Notes: generated by a model from the sequence alone, not told the origin. Shown: positions 1-10,294, counted from the first letter of the stretch. The stretch: 64,000 nt of DNA from Tagaea sp. (GCA_965279525.1 CBDIIB010000005.1:1600001-1664000), one strand, 5' to 3'. Numbers and translations: made by a program.

Positions 1-216
1 CCGGTGTTGATCAGTGCGGCTATCGGCGTCGTGCTGCTGGCCTGCTCGACCGAAGGCTGGTTCTGCCGGCAGATCGGCTGGATGCTGCGCGTGCCGCTTG
101 CCGTAGGCGCCTTGCTGCTGATAACGCCCGGCACGATCACCGACATCATCGGCATCGGCATCGCCGCTTGCGTCTATGCCGCCGCGCGGCTGATGCCCGA
201 ATTCTCGAAGACCTGA
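1..216 (+). CDS. C-terminal fragment of a membrane protein, probably a fused TRAP transporter permease (5' end outside window)
   Basis: Frame open from base 1 to TGA at 216. Hydrophobic helices ...LLACSTEGWF...GALLLITPGTITDIIGIG resemble the C-terminus of 4TM/12TM TRAP fusions. Confidence 0.6.
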   Translation, partial: PVLISAAIGVVLLACSTEGWFCRQIGWMLRVPLAVGALLLITPGTITDIIGIGIAACVYAAARLMPEFSKT

Positions 217-227
217 AGGCCGCCGTC

Positions 228-644
228 GTGCATGCGACACGACGTCAGGCGATCGCGCTGATCGGCCTGCTGCCGGCGATTCCTGCGCGCGCGGCCGAGC
301 CGGGTCCCGCGGCTTTCATGGCGCGCGCGTTCGAGATGCGCCGACGTGCCGAATTGGCCGGCGACCAGCCCTATGGCGCCGTCGTCACCCGGGACGGGGC
401 GATCGTCGGCGAGGCGGCCAGCGCCGTGGTCGCGCGCCGCGATGCAAATGCGCATGCCGAGCGGCTCGCAATTGCCGACGCGCAGCGTCGCTCGGGGCAA
501 ACCGATCTAGGCGGGGCCGTTCTCTATTCCTCGTCGCGGCCGTGCGCGCTCTGCGAAGCTGCAGCCGCGCGTGCGGGCATCGCGCGGATGGTCCACGGCA
601 CCGCGTTGACCGATGCGGGCCGGCCGCAGAAACCAACGGATTGA
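228..644 (+). CDS. Zn-dependent nucleoside/nucleobase deaminase (CDA/TadA/guanine deaminase fold) with Tat-like signal peptide
   Basis: Motifs PYGAVV, HAE and PCALC. GTG at 228 gives the N-terminus VHATRRQAIALIGLLPAIPARA. Confidence 0.8.
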   Translation: MHATRRQAIALIGLLPAIPARAAEPGPAAFMARAFEMRRRAELAGDQPYGAVVTRDGAIVGEAASAVVARRDANAHAERLAIADAQRRSGQTDLGGAVLYSSSRPCALCEAAAARAGIARMVHGTALTDAGRPQKPTD

Positions 645-655
645 GGGACAGCGGC

Positions 656-729
656 TGGAGCGGGTGAAGGGAATCGAACCCTCGTCTTGAGCTTGGGAAG
701 CTCCGGCTCTACCATTGAGCTACACCCGC
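656..729 (-). tRNA. tRNA-Gly(CCC)
   Basis: Reverse complement GCGGGTGTAGCTCAATGGTAGAGC...GAGCTTCCCAAGCTC...GGTTCGATTCCCTTCACCCGCTCCA: cloverleaf, anticodon CCC, encoded CCA, 74 nt. Confidence 0.97.
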
Positions 730-748
730 GTGCCAAGCGCCGAGGCGC

Positions 749-778
749 AATATAGGAACAGTCCGGGGTGCCGGGCAA
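749..778 (-). promoter_or_regulatory. Putative sigma70-type promoter of the tRNA-Gly gene
   Basis: Minus strand TTGCCC-N18-TATATT, about 20 nt upstream of the tRNA. Confidence 0.5.
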
Positions 779-789
779 GTCGGGCGCGC

Positions 790-819
790 TTGACAGGACC
801 GTGCCCAGTCGCCTAGTTT
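790..819 (+). promoter_or_regulatory. Putative sigma70 promoter for the metZ leader
   Basis: TTGACA-N18-TAGTTT immediately 5' of the riboswitch. Confidence 0.55.
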
Positions 820-826
820 GCGCTCG

Positions 827-895
827 TTACCGTGGTGATTTGAGCCGGCCGGCTTGCGGACCACGTAAAAGAAGCCGCTAAAAGGTCGGAGCGTT
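827..895 (+). ncRNA. SAM-II (SAM-alpha) riboswitch
   Basis: CGTGGTGATTTG...CCGGCTTGCGGACCACGTAAAAGAAGCCGCTAAA matches the SAM-alpha pattern (P1 CGTGG/CCACG, GATTT, GCTAAA) and lies upstream of metZ. Confidence 0.88.
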
Positions 896-919
896 TCGCG
901 AGCGCAAGGCCCGTCGAAC

Positions 920-946
920 AGCCCCGAGCCAAAGGCCGGGGCTTTT
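920..946 (+). terminator. Terminator-like hairpin in the metZ leader
   Basis: AGCCCCG(A)GCC-AAA-GGCCGGGGCT followed by TTT, about 17 nt before the metZ ATG. Confidence 0.5.
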
Positions 947-963
947 GCATTCGGGGTAGCGTC

Positions 964-2193
964 ATGGCGAAGAAGAACGAATTCTCCACAAATCCGGCCT
1001 GGAAGCCGCGCACGGCGCTCGTGCATGGTGGCCAGGAACGCACGCAATGGTCCGAGACCGGCGAGGCGATGTTCCTGACATCGGGCTACGTCTACGCAAC
1101 GGCCGACGAGGCCGAGCGCGCGTTCGCCACACCCACCAAACTCGAGGACCAGCGCTTCGTCTATTCTCGCTTCGGCAACCCGACGGTGGCGATGTTCGAA
1201 GCGCGCCTCGCGGCACTCGAAGGCGCCGAAGCCTGCAAGGCCACGGCAAGCGGCATGGCCGCGGTGTTCGCGGCACTTGCCTGCCAGCTCAAGGCAGGCT
1301 CGCGCATCGTGTCGTCGCGCGCCCTATTCGGTTCGTGCCACTACATCGTCACCGAGCTCCTGCCGCGCTGGGGCGTCGAAAGCGTGCTGGTCGACGGTCC
1401 GGATCTTTCGGCCTGGAAGAAGGCGCTGTCGGTCAAGACCGATGTCGTGTTCCTCGAATCGCCGTCCAACCCGATGCTCGATCTCGTCGATGTCCGTGCC
1501 GTCGCGAAGCTTGCGAAGAAGGCTGGTGCCCGGGTCGTCGTCGACAACGTGTTCGCGACGCCGCTGCTGCAGAAGCCGCTGCAGCTCGGTGCCGACATCG
1601 TCGTCTATTCGGCGACCAAGCATATCGACGGGCAGGGGCGAGTCCTTGGCGGCGCCGTGCTCGGCGCGCGCGATTGGATCGACGGAACGCTCGTGCCGTT
1701 CCTGCGTCACACCGGGCCGACCCTGTCGGCATTCAATGCCTGGGTGCTGCTGAAGGGGCTCGAGACCTTGCCGCTGCGCGTGGAAGCGCACGGGCGTGGC
1801 GCGCTGGCGGTCGCGAAATTCCTCGAGAAAGCGAAGCCGATCGCGCGCGTGCTTTATCCCGGGCTCAAGTCGCATCCGCAGGCGGCACTCGCCCGCAAGC
1901 AGATGAAAGGCGGCGGCCCGCTCGTCGCATTCGATCTTGCCGGCGGCAAGAAGGCGGCGTTCGCGTTCGTCGATGCGTTGAAGCTGATCCGCATCTCGAA
2001 CAATCTGGGCGACGCCAAGAGCCTGATCTGCCATCCGGCGACGACCACGCACCAGCGCCTGCCGGCGGACGAAAAGAAGCGTCTCGCCATCGGTCCGGGG
2101 ACGCTTCGTCTGTCGGTCGGGATCGAGGATCCGGCCGACCTGCTCGAGGATCTGGCGCGCGGCCTTGCCGCCGCCACACGGGCCGGGCGCTAG
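964..2193 (+). CDS. metZ: O-succinylhomoserine sulfhydrylase
   Basis: Cys/Met PLP enzyme motifs YSRFGNPT, SGMAA, ESPSNP, YSATKHIDGQGR and SNNLGDAKSL. SAM riboswitch upstream. Confidence 0.93.
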   Translation: MAKKNEFSTNPAWKPRTALVHGGQERTQWSETGEAMFLTSGYVYATADEAERAFATPTKLEDQRFVYSRFGNPTVAMFEARLAALEGAEACKATASGMAAVFAALACQLKAGSRIVSSRALFGSCHYIVTELLPRWGVESVLVDGPDLSAWKKALSVKTDVVFLESPSNPMLDLVDVRAVAKLAKKAGARVVVDNVFATPLLQKPLQLGADIVVYSATKHIDGQGRVLGGAVLGARDWIDGTLVPFLRHTGPTLSAFNAWVLLKGLETLPLRVEAHGRGALAVAKFLEKAKPIARVLYPGLKSHPQAALARKQMKGGGPLVAFDLAGGKKAAFAFVDALKLIRISNNLGDAKSLICHPATTTHQRLPADEKKRLAIGPGTLRLSVGIEDPADLLEDLARGLAAATRAGR

Positions 2194-2194
2194 C

Positions 2195-2830
2195 ATGGCG
2201 ATGGCCCCGACGTTCGTGGCGCTGTCGGCGCTCTGGGCGGCGGGGCTGGTCGCCAGCGGGATCGAACCCCACGACCGCCTGACCTGGTTGATGGAGGTCG
2301 CCCCCGCACTCGTCGCCTGGCCGATCCTCCATGCCACGCGCCGGTCCTTGCGCTTCACCGATCTCGCCTACGGGCTGATCGCGGTGCATGGCCTGATCTT
2401 GATGCTGGGTGCGGCTTATACCTATGCGCGGGTCCCGCTTGGCTTCACGCTGCAGGAAATTTTCACGCTCAGCCGGAATCCCTACGACAAGATCGGACAT
2501 TTCGCGCAGGGCTTCGTGCCGGCGATCGTCGCCCGCGAACTGCTGATCCGCATTTTCGGATTCGGCCGGACGCGCCTGCTCTCGTTTCTCGTCGTGTGCA
2601 TCTGCCTTGCGATCAGCGCAACGTATGAGCTGATCGAATGGGTTGCGGCGGTTTCCCTCGGCCAGGATGCCTCGGCGTTTCTCGGGACCCAAGGCGATCC
2701 GTGGGATACCCAGGCCGACATGGCCTTCGCGTTGGTGGGGGCATTGGCGGCCCTGACCTTGCGGGGCTGGCACGATCGGCAGATCGCCCGCCAGACCGAA
2801 TGTATGCGCAAGGTTGTCGGCCCGGCCTGA
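2195..2830 (+). CDS. DUF2238/YjdF-like inner membrane protein
   Basis: TWLME, YTYARVPLG, RNPYDKIGHF and FLGTQGDPWDTQADM motifs; several TM helices. Confidence 0.85.
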   Translation: MAMAPTFVALSALWAAGLVASGIEPHDRLTWLMEVAPALVAWPILHATRRSLRFTDLAYGLIAVHGLILMLGAAYTYARVPLGFTLQEIFTLSRNPYDKIGHFAQGFVPAIVARELLIRIFGFGRTRLLSFLVVCICLAISATYELIEWVAAVSLGQDASAFLGTQGDPWDTQADMAFALVGALAALTLRGWHDRQIARQTECMRKVVGPA

Positions 2831-2850
2831 CGGCAATTGGGGGCCGGGGG

Positions 2851-2879
2851 TTGGCCAGATGGGTGGTGCGGCCTATACT
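2851..2879 (+). promoter_or_regulatory. Putative sigma70 promoter for apaG-folE-argE
   Basis: TTGGCC-N17-TATACT, 38 nt upstream of the apaG ATG. Confidence 0.55.
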
Positions 2880-2917
2880 CCCTCGGACAGGCCCCGACCC
2901 CAAACCCCCGTGCCACC

Positions 2918-3310
2918 ATGTACAGCGAGACGACCCGCGAGATCAAAGTGACGGTCAAACCGGTCTATCTCGAAGACCAGTCCTCGCCGCACGAGAACCA
3001 TTTCGTCTGGGCTTATCATGTCCGGATCGAGAATCTTGGCGGCCAGACCGTCCAGCTGCGCGCCCGGCACTGGAAGATCACCGACGCGAACGGCCGCCTG
3101 CAGGAAGTGCGCGGGGCGGGCGTGGTCGGCGAACAGCCGGTCCTCAAGCCCGGCGAGAAGTTCGAGTACACGTCCGGGACGCCGCTCGGAACACCGTCCG
3201 GCATCATGGTCGGCAGTTACCAGATGGAAACCGGGAGCGGCGAGACGTTCGACATCCGGGTCCCGGCCTTCTCGCTCGACTCGCCGAGCCAGGCCGTTCG
3301 CCTGAACTGA
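2918..3310 (+). CDS. apaG: ApaG protein
   Basis: YLEDQS...WAYHVRIEN...RHWKITD...GVVGEQP...YTSG motifs. Confidence 0.95.
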   Translation: MYSETTREIKVTVKPVYLEDQSSPHENHFVWAYHVRIENLGGQTVQLRARHWKITDANGRLQEVRGAGVVGEQPVLKPGEKFEYTSGTPLGTPSGIMVGSYQMETGSGETFDIRVPAFSLDSPSQAVRLN

Positions 3311-3356
3311 CGCGCCGCTACCGGTACACGCCAACCCCAAGGAAAGCATACCCCCA

Positions 3357-3977
3357 GTGAAAGCTCCCCTGAAGCCGATCGTGGCCGTCCCGTTCCGTCC
3401 CGACCGCAATGCGGCGGAGGAAGCCGTGCGCACGCTCATCCGCTGGGCCGGCGACGATCCGGACCGCGAAGGCCTGCTCGACACGCCAAAGCGCGTCACC
3501 CGCGCGTACGAGGAATGGTTTGCCGGATACGCCGAGGATCCGGTCGACATCCTGGCGCGCACCTTCGAGGAGACCGAGGGCTACGACGAGATGGTCGTGC
3601 TGAAAGACGTGCGCTTCGAAAGTTTCTGCGAACACCATCTGGCGCCGATCCTGGGATCGGTCGACGTGGCCTACCTGCCGGCGAGCCGCGTCGTCGGCAT
3701 CTCGAAGATCGCGCGCGTCATCGACGTTTTCGCCAAACGCATGCAGATCCAGGAGAAGCTGACGGCGCAGATCGCCAACACGATCGAGCACGTCCTCCAG
3801 CCCAAGGGCGTCGCGGTCGTGGTGCGCGGTCAGCACCAGTGCATGAGCACGCGCGGCGTGCACAAGACGGGCGTGACGATGGTCACGTCGCGCATGCTGG
3901 GCGCCTTCCGCGACAACGAATCCACGCGGCGCGAGTTCCTGGCGATCGTCGGAAATCCGCCGGTCCGGACGGGTTGA
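3357..3977 (+). CDS. folE: GTP cyclohydrolase I
   Basis: [31 protein letters not shown] and HQCMSTRGV. Confidence 0.96.
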   Translation: MKAPLKPIVAVPFRPDRNAAEEAVRTLIRWAGDDPDREGLLDTPKRVTRAYEEWFAGYAEDPVDILARTFEETEGYDEMVVLKDVRFESFCEHHLAPILGSVDVAYLPASRVVGISKIARVIDVFAKRMQIQEKLTAQIANTIEHVLQPKGVAVVVRGQHQCMSTRGVHKTGVTMVTSRMLGAFRDNESTRREFLAIVGNPPVRTG

Positions 3978-3984
3978 GCCGCGC

Positions 3985-5163
3985 GTGACCCAGACGGCGC
4001 AGGAATCCGTCGCCATGCTGGCGCGCCTGGTGGCGCATCGCACGGTGAGTTCGGATTCGAACCTCGAGCTGATCTCGGACGTGCGCGCCTGGCTTGCGTC
4101 GCACGGCGTGGAAAGCCGCCTCGTCCCCAACGCGGACGGCACCAAGGCCAACCTGCTGGCGACGATCGGTCCCAACGTGCCGGGCGGCGCCGTGCTGTCC
4201 GGCCACACCGATGTCGTGCCTGTCGAAGGCCAGCCGTGGTCGAGCGATCCGTTCGCGCTCGTCGAGCGCGACGGAAAGCTCTTCGGGCGCGGTTCGTCGG
4301 ACATGAAGGGCTTCATCGCCTGCGCGCTTTCGGCCGTCCCGATGCTTGCCAAGGCGAAGCTCGCCCGGCCGATCCATCTGTGCCTGTCCTACGACGAGGA
4401 AATCGGCTGTTTCGGTGCACCGCACGCGATCGCGCTTTTCGGGGCCGAACTGCCGCGCCCGGCGCTGTGCGTGGTCGGCGAGCCGACGATGATGCGTCCG
4501 GTGGTCGCGCACAAGGGAAGCTGGGTCAACGAGACGCGCATCGTGGGTCGCGAGGCGCATTCGAGCGCGCCGCATCTGGGCGCCAATGCCATCGTCTATA
4601 TGGGTCGCTTTCTCGTTTTCCTCGACGGGCTGCAGCAGACCCTGCGCGCCCGCGGGCAGGCCGATGCCGTGCCCGGCGTCGATTTCGATCCGCCGTGGAC
4701 GACCGTGGGGATCGGCAAGATCGCCGGCGGTACGGCCGCCAACATCGTGCCGCGCGAATGCCGGCTGACGTGGGAATTCCGGTCGCTTCCGGGCGTGGAT
4801 GGCGCCGAAATCCACGCGATGGGCGTGGCGAAGGCCGCCGAACTCGACGCGGCGATCAAACGCGAGGCACCGGAAGGCAGCGTCACGGTCGAACGCTATG
4901 CGAATATCCCGCCCTTCAAACCGGAACTCGACGGGCCGGCGACGAAACTCGCGATGGCGATCACGGGGGCCAATGCCCCGATCACGGTCTCGTTCGGGAC
5001 CGAGGCGGGTCAGTTCCAGGCGGCGGGAATCTCGACCGTGATCTGCGGTCCCGGCGACATCGCGGTCGCGCACAAGACCGACGAGTACACCACGCGCGAA
5101 CAGCTCGCCCAGTGCGAGCGTTTCATCGGCAAGATCGCGGAGTGGGCATCGCGCCCGAATTGA
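3985..5163 (+). CDS. argE: Acetylornithine deacetylase (M20 family)
   Basis: LSGHTDVVP, GRGSSDMKGF, YDEEIGC, VGEPT, FGTEAG and AHKTDE. Confidence 0.9.
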   Translation: MTQTAQESVAMLARLVAHRTVSSDSNLELISDVRAWLASHGVESRLVPNADGTKANLLATIGPNVPGGAVLSGHTDVVPVEGQPWSSDPFALVERDGKLFGRGSSDMKGFIACALSAVPMLAKAKLARPIHLCLSYDEEIGCFGAPHAIALFGAELPRPALCVVGEPTMMRPVVAHKGSWVNETRIVGREAHSSAPHLGANAIVYMGRFLVFLDGLQQTLRARGQADAVPGVDFDPPWTTVGIGKIAGGTAANIVPRECRLTWEFRSLPGVDGAEIHAMGVAKAAELDAAIKREAPEGSVTVERYANIPPFKPELDGPATKLAMAITGANAPITVSFGTEAGQFQAAGISTVICGPGDIAVAHKTDEYTTREQLAQCERFIGKIAEWASRPN

Positions 5164-5222
5164 TTGTATGTGAAATCTTCGGATAACCTCCGGTCCAGGC
5201 TCTTGCGGGATCGGGGATATGC

Positions 5223-6413
5223 ATGAAGTGCTTGGCGATGGCGTTCGGATTGGCCAGCCTGCTGGCTGTGGGCGCACCAGCGCGCGCCGACGAGGCGAAG
5301 CTGCTTGCGGCACTCGAATTATTCGATGCGGCGGCGCTGTGGCGGGATGCCGGCGGCCCGGTCGGCGGCGCCATCTATCCTACCGGGGGAATCATCCGCT
5401 GGGACCAGCCGCTGCGCGCGCACCTGGGTTCATCGACCATGTCCAGTGTCCGCGAACTTGCGGGCGAACGGCTGCGCGAAGCGGCCCAGATTGCGGGACT
5501 TGCCCTTGAGTTCGTCGATTCCGCAGAGCGCGCCAATCTCAAACTGGTCTTTCTCCAGGAGTATCAGGCGACACCCGGTATCCAGTGGGCGGGATGCCTG
5601 ACAAGCCACAGATCCCAATATGGCAGGCTCACCGACGTGACGGTCTATGTCCGCCTCAGAAACGAAACTTGCATGGCGCACGAGCTGATGCACGCTTTCG
5701 GATTTCGCGGACATCCGCATCAGCTCGACACCGTCCTTAGCTACACCCGGCGGAACGGAACGACGCGCGCCTATACCGATCTTGACCGACTGGTGCTGCG
5801 AGCGCTCTATCACGGCAAGATTTCACCCGGTGCCTACAGCCTTCCGGCACTCGTCGCCGCGCGCCAGTTCCTTGCAGAAGAACTTTCGCTCGTATCGGCA
5901 GGCGGGAATGCGAAGGGATTCGCAAACACATTCATGGACGATGCGGTTGTCCGCCTTCGGGCGGAGGCGCAGAAGGGAAATGCCTACATTCAGATGCAAC
6001 TCGGCAATGCCTATGCTTTCGCGCACTACGTCGAAAAGGACATGGACGAAGCCGTGAAGTTCTGGGAGATGGCGGCTGCCCAGAAGAACGCCGAGGCAAT
6101 CTATCGCCTGGCGAACGCGGCCTTGTCGGGTCAAGGGCTGGCGCAGGATCCGGTTGCGGCGCGCTTGCGGTTGCAGGACGCGATCGGATTGGGTCACGGA
6201 CAGGCGGCATTCGCGTTCGCAACCGCGCTTCGCGACGGGGTGGGCGGGCAAGCCGATCCGGTCGAAGCGTTTGCCTTCTTCGATCTTGCCTCACGCCGTA
6301 GCGTGTCCAATGCCGCGACCGCCCGAGATTCGCTGGCGGGTACTTTGTCGGAAGACCAGAAGGTCCGCGCGCGCACGCGGGCGGAAGAGCTCCCGACGTC
6401 GCCGCCGCGCTGA
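5223..6413 (+). CDS. Secreted protein with an N-terminal zincin-like (DUF2927-like) domain and C-terminal Sel1-like repeats
   Basis: Signal peptide ending ARA; HELMHAFGFRGH zinc motif; Sel1 repeats such as QMQLGNAY...KDMDEAVKFWEMAAAQKNAEAIYRLA. Confidence 0.75.
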   Translation: MKCLAMAFGLASLLAVGAPARADEAKLLAALELFDAAALWRDAGGPVGGAIYPTGGIIRWDQPLRAHLGSSTMSSVRELAGERLREAAQIAGLALEFVDSAERANLKLVFLQEYQATPGIQWAGCLTSHRSQYGRLTDVTVYVRLRNETCMAHELMHAFGFRGHPHQLDTVLSYTRRNGTTRAYTDLDRLVLRALYHGKISPGAYSLPALVAARQFLAEELSLVSAGGNAKGFANTFMDDAVVRLRAEAQKGNAYIQMQLGNAYAFAHYVEKDMDEAVKFWEMAAAQKNAEAIYRLANAALSGQGLAQDPVAARLRLQDAIGLGHGQAAFAFATALRDGVGGQADPVEAFAFFDLASRRSVSNAATARDSLAGTLSEDQKVRARTRAEELPTSPPR

Positions 6414-6416
6414 AGT

Positions 6417-7025
6417 TCAGACCTGCAGGAAGCGCGGCATGGTCGCGCGGATCTGGCGGTCGAGCTCGGCGTTGATGTCGCTCATCATCTGTTCGACCAT
6501 CTCGTACCAGACGCGTTCGCGGTCATTGAGCGAAATGTTCTCGGCGACCGAGCGCGTGCGCGTCGCCGTCGCCGTGGCGAACCCGTCGCGGAAGTTGCCG
6601 CGCACCTGGCGGACCTCGACGGCGGCCTCGACGCGGCCGTCATAGCGTTGCGCCTGCTCGTTCGTGAAAGTCGCGCGCACGCCGGACTCCCGGTGCAGCT
6701 GGCTCTCGGTGACGCGGGCGTCGGTGATGACGAAGCGCACATAGTGGTCGCCGCGCCCGGATACGGCGAGCCGGTCGTTCGCCCAGCGTCGCAGCACGTC
6801 GACCGGCGAGTGGGCGAAAAGATGCTCGACATTCGGCGGGGCAAGCGGCGGCCGGTAGTCCTGCGCGATCTCGATGCGCTGCGCCTCGAACGTGAACCGG
6901 CCGAGGTGGGAATAGGAAAGCTGCGGGAACTGCTGCATCGGCGGCGCTTCCGCGCAAGATGCCAGTGCCGCGGCGGGAACGGCCAAGCCGGCCAGTTTCA
7001 GGAAATCGCGACGGGAGGGAATCAT
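6417..7025 (-). CDS. Conserved hypothetical Tat-exported lipoprotein
   Basis: MIPSRRDFLKLAG...ALASC (Tat motif plus lipobox); PPNVEH and WANDRL motifs. Confidence 0.7.
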   Translation of the reverse strand: MIPSRRDFLKLAGLAVPAAALASCAEAPPMQQFPQLSYSHLGRFTFEAQRIEIAQDYRPPLAPPNVEHLFAHSPVDVLRRWANDRLAVSGRGDHYVRFVITDARVTESQLHRESGVRATFTNEQAQRYDGRVEAAVEVRQVRGNFRDGFATATATRTRSVAENISLNDRERVWYEMVEQMMSDINAELDRQIRATMPRFLQV

Positions 7026-7113
7026 CCGGATCGGCTCCACGCGGAAAGGAATGAGGGGAAGGATCTCTTAGGCCTCAATCAAGGTGGAAATGTGGCGTTC
7101 GCATGCCACCTCT

Positions 7114-8070
7114 TCAAGCATCGTCGTAGATCGCGTCGAGATCGCTGAAAGCGTGCGCCGTATTGCAGAATTCGCAGGTGATGCGGATCGCTCCGTCCGC
7201 CTCGCGCATCGTCTCGAGTTCTTCGCGCGCGATGGTACGCAACACGCTGCGCATGCGCGAAGGATCGCAACGGCAGCGGTGCACGAGCTCGATGGGCCGG
7301 TAGATCTCGACGCCCTCCGCCAGGAACAGCCGGTCGACCAGCTTCCACGGCGGCAGGTCCGGATCGACGAGCTCGCGCGACTTGGCCGAGCCCATCAGGA
7401 TCATCGCGCGCCGCCAGCCTTCCTCCTCGGCCTCGCGCACGGCCGGATCGCGCGCCACCGGCTCGCGTCCCTCGGCCGAGCCTTGCGCGTCCTCGGGCGG
7501 CAGGCGCTGGATCATGATTGCACCGGCCCGCCAGTTCAGGCGGCCGTCGGAATCCGCCATGCTCGATACGGCGACGTTGAGGCCGGCTTCGAACTGCTCG
7601 GATTGGTGGAAATAATGGTGCGCGCATTCCGCGAGCGTGGCGCCAGTCAGCTCGACGATGCCCTGGTAGCGCTCCATGTCGCCGCCCTGATCGACCGTGA
7701 AAGCGAGATAGCCCGCCCCGAACAGCCGCGGCACCGAGATCGGCCCGTCGCCAAGGGCCGCAATGCGCGCCTCGTCGAACTGCGCGTAGCCGCGGATGGC
7801 GCCGGCCGACGTCACGTCGCACACCAGCATGCGCAGCGGCCCGTCGCCCTTGGTCTGGATCGAGAAGACGCCGTCGTACTTGAGCGTGGCCGCAAGTGCC
7901 GCTGCCATCGCGATCGCCTCGGCAAGCGCATGCGCCACTAGGCGCGGGTAGGCATGGCGGTGCAGGATCGCGTCGATTGCCGGCCCCAGCCGGACAAGCC
8001 GGCCGCGCAGCGCGAAGGGTTCGATCTTGAACGGGAGGACGACGTCGTCGTCCGGGACCGCCGGCTTCAA
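7114..8070 (-). CDS. hslO: Hsp33 redox-regulated chaperone
   Basis: [23 protein letters not shown] and CEFC Zn motifs. TTG start overlaps the argF stop. Confidence 0.93.
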   Translation of the reverse strand: MKPAVPDDDVVLPFKIEPFALRGRLVRLGPAIDAILHRHAYPRLVAHALAEAIAMAAALAATLKYDGVFSIQTKGDGPLRMLVCDVTSAGAIRGYAQFDEARIAALGDGPISVPRLFGAGYLAFTVDQGGDMERYQGIVELTGATLAECAHHYFHQSEQFEAGLNVAVSSMADSDGRLNWRAGAIMIQRLPPEDAQGSAEGREPVARDPAVREAEEEGWRRAMILMGSAKSRELVDPDLPPWKLVDRLFLAEGVEIYRPIELVHRCRCDPSRMRSVLRTIAREELETMREADGAIRITCEFCNTAHAFSDLDAIYDDA

Positions 8071-9011
8071 GCCATGCACCAGGCGAGAATGCCCTTCTGC
8101 ACGTGCAGGCGGTTCTCGGCTTCGTCCCACACGGCCGAGCGCGGGCCGTCGATGACGCCTTCGGTCACTTCCTCGCCGCGATGGGCGGGCAGGCAGTGCA
8201 GGAAGATCGCGTCGGGCTTGGCGCGGTCCATCAGCCGCTCGTCGACCCGGTAGGGGGCGAGCAGGTTGTGGCGCTTCTCGCGGCTTTCCCGGCTGCCGCT
8301 TTCCTGGTCCATCGAGACCCACGTATCGGTGACGACGGCGTCGGCCCCGGCGACGGCGGCCTCGGGATCGGTCAGCAGCTGGATACGCGCACCCTCGCGC
8401 TTGGCCCAGGCGAGCACGTCGCCCGACGGGCGCAGATGCTCCGGGCAGGCGAGACGCAGCTCGAAGGCGAAACGCTGTGCGGCGTGGATCCACGACGCGG
8501 CGACGTTGTTGCCGTCGCCGGTCCACGCGACGATCTTGCCCGCGATGCCGCCCTTGCGTTCCTCGATCGTCATCACGTCGGCCATCACCTGGCAGGGATG
8601 CGAGCGGTCGGTCAGGCCGTTGATGACGGGAACACTCGCGTGGCGCACGAGCTCGGCGAGATTGGCGATCTTGTTGGTGCGCAGCATGATCGCGTCGCAA
8701 TAGCGCGACAGCACGCGCGCGGTGTCGGCGATCGTCTCGCCGCGGCCGAGCTGCGTGTCGTGGTGGGTGAGGATCACGGCTTCGCCGCCGAGCTGGCGGA
8801 TGCCCACCTCGAAGGACACGCGCGTGCGCGTCGAGGGCTTCTCGAAGATCATCGCCAGCGTCTTGCCGGCAAGCGGCTTGTCCATGCCGCCGGGCGGGCG
8901 CTTGGCCTTGAAGGCGGCACCCAGATCGAGGATGTCGCGCAGCGTGCCGCTTTCGAGCACGTCGAGATCGAGGAAATGGCGGGGTGTCGCGTTCATCGTC
9001 ATCTCCGTCAT
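8067..9011 (-). CDS. argF: Ornithine carbamoyltransferase
   Basis: [28 protein letters not shown] and AENRLH. ATGA overlap with argD. Confidence 0.96.
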   Translation of the reverse strand: MTEMTMNATPRHFLDLDVLESGTLRDILDLGAAFKAKRPPGGMDKPLAGKTLAMIFEKPSTRTRVSFEVGIRQLGGEAVILTHHDTQLGRGETIADTARVLSRYCDAIMLRTNKIANLAELVRHASVPVINGLTDRSHPCQVMADVMTIEERKGGIAGKIVAWTGDGNNVAASWIHAAQRFAFELRLACPEHLRPSGDVLAWAKREGARIQLLTDPEAAVAGADAVVTDTWVSMDQESGSRESREKRHNLLAPYRVDERLMDRAKPDAIFLHCLPAHRGEEVTEGVIDGPRSAVWDEAENRLHVQKGILAWCMA

Positions 9012-10213
9012 CCCGCCTTGCGCGCGGGCTGACGCGCGCGCAGGTCGGCGCAGGCGGCGTCGATCTTCTCGATCGCCTCGGTCACCTGTGCGGCTTCCGC
9101 GATGAGCGGGGGCAGGATTCGCATCACGTTGTCGCCGGCACCGGCCGTCAGCAGGCCCTGCTTGCGCACGGCCAGGATCATGTCCTGGTTGGGCATCTTG
9201 CACTTGAGGCCGAGCAGCAGGCCCGAGCCGCGCGAATCCTCGAACATGTCCGCGTTGCGCTGGACGAGGCCGGCGAGCTGCTGCTTCAGGTGCGCGCCGA
9301 TGCGTTCGACATGCTCGAAGAAGCCGGGGGCGAGCATCACGTCGAGCACGGCGTTGCCGGCCGACATGGCCAGCGGGTTCCCGCCATAGGTCGAGCCGTG
9401 CGTGCCGGCCGTCATGCCGGCCGCGGCCTTGGCCGTGGCAAGACAGGCCCCGACCGGGAAGCCGTTGCCCAGCGCCTTGGCGACCGACATCACGTCGGGC
9501 GTCACGCCGGACCATTCGTGGGCGAAGAGCTTGCCCGTGCGGCCCATGCCGGTCTGGATCTCGTCGAAGAACAGCAACAGGCCGTGCCTGTCGCAAAGCT
9601 CGCGCAGGCCCTTCAGGCACTGTTCGGGAACCGCCCGGATGCCGCCTTCGCCCTGGATCGGCTCGATCAGGATGCCGGCGGTCTCGGGGCCGATAGCGGC
9701 TTCGAGCGCCTTATGGTCGCCGAAGGGGACCTGATCGAAACCGTCGGTCTTGGGACCGAAACCTTCGAGATATTTCTGTTGCCCGCCGGCGGCGAGCGTG
9801 GCGAGCGTGCGCCCGTGGAAGGCACCCTCGAACGTGATGATCCTGTAGCGCTCCGGGTGCCCGTGATGCGCGTGGTACTTGCGCACGAGCTTGATGCCGC
9901 ACTCGTTGGCTTCCGCCCCCGAATTGCCGAAGAACACCGTATCGGCGAAGGTCGAGGCGACCAGCCGTTCGGCGAGCTTCTGCTGCTGGGCGATCGGGAA
10001 GATGTTCGAGGTGTGCCAGACCTTGTTCATCTGCGCGCCCACCTCCTTGACGAGGTGCGGATGCGCGTGGCCGAGACCGGTCACGGCGATGCCGCAGGCG
10101 AAGTCGAGATATCGCTTGCCGTCGGTTCCCCACAGATACGGGCCTTCGCCGCGCTCGAAGCCCACTTCGGCGCGCGCATAGGTCGGCATCACGGCGGGAA
10201 ATGCAGTCGACAC
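9008..10213 (-). CDS. argD: Acetylornithine aminotransferase
   Basis: [32 protein letters not shown] and HGSTYGGNP; operon with argF. Confidence 0.93.
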   Translation of the reverse strand: MSTAFPAVMPTYARAEVGFERGEGPYLWGTDGKRYLDFACGIAVTGLGHAHPHLVKEVGAQMNKVWHTSNIFPIAQQQKLAERLVASTFADTVFFGNSGAEANECGIKLVRKYHAHHGHPERYRIITFEGAFHGRTLATLAAGGQQKYLEGFGPKTDGFDQVPFGDHKALEAAIGPETAGILIEPIQGEGGIRAVPEQCLKGLRELCDRHGLLLFFDEIQTGMGRTGKLFAHEWSGVTPDVMSVAKALGNGFPVGACLATAKAAAGMTAGTHGSTYGGNPLAMSAGNAVLDVMLAPGFFEHVERIGAHLKQQLAGLVQRNADMFEDSRGSGLLLGLKCKMPNQDMILAVRKQGLLTAGAGDNVMRILPPLIAEAAQVTEAIEKIDAACADLRARQPARKAG

Positions 10214-10265
10214 GGCAACAACTCCCTCGTTCGGGCCCGTCAGGTTGACGGTCCGGGAAACGACC

Positions 10266-10294
10266 AGTATCCGGGGCAGTCCCGGAAAAGTCAA
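10266..10294 (-). promoter_or_regulatory. Putative sigma70 promoter of argD-argF-hslO
   Basis: Minus strand TTGACT-N17-GATACT. Confidence 0.55.

Noticed and set aside
656-729. tRNA-Gly as a possible integration site
   Set aside because: No integrase, no duplicated tRNA 3' end and no compositional break seen in the window.
7114-10213. hslO inside an arginine operon
   Set aside because: argD-argF-hslO is a common alphaproteobacterial arrangement.
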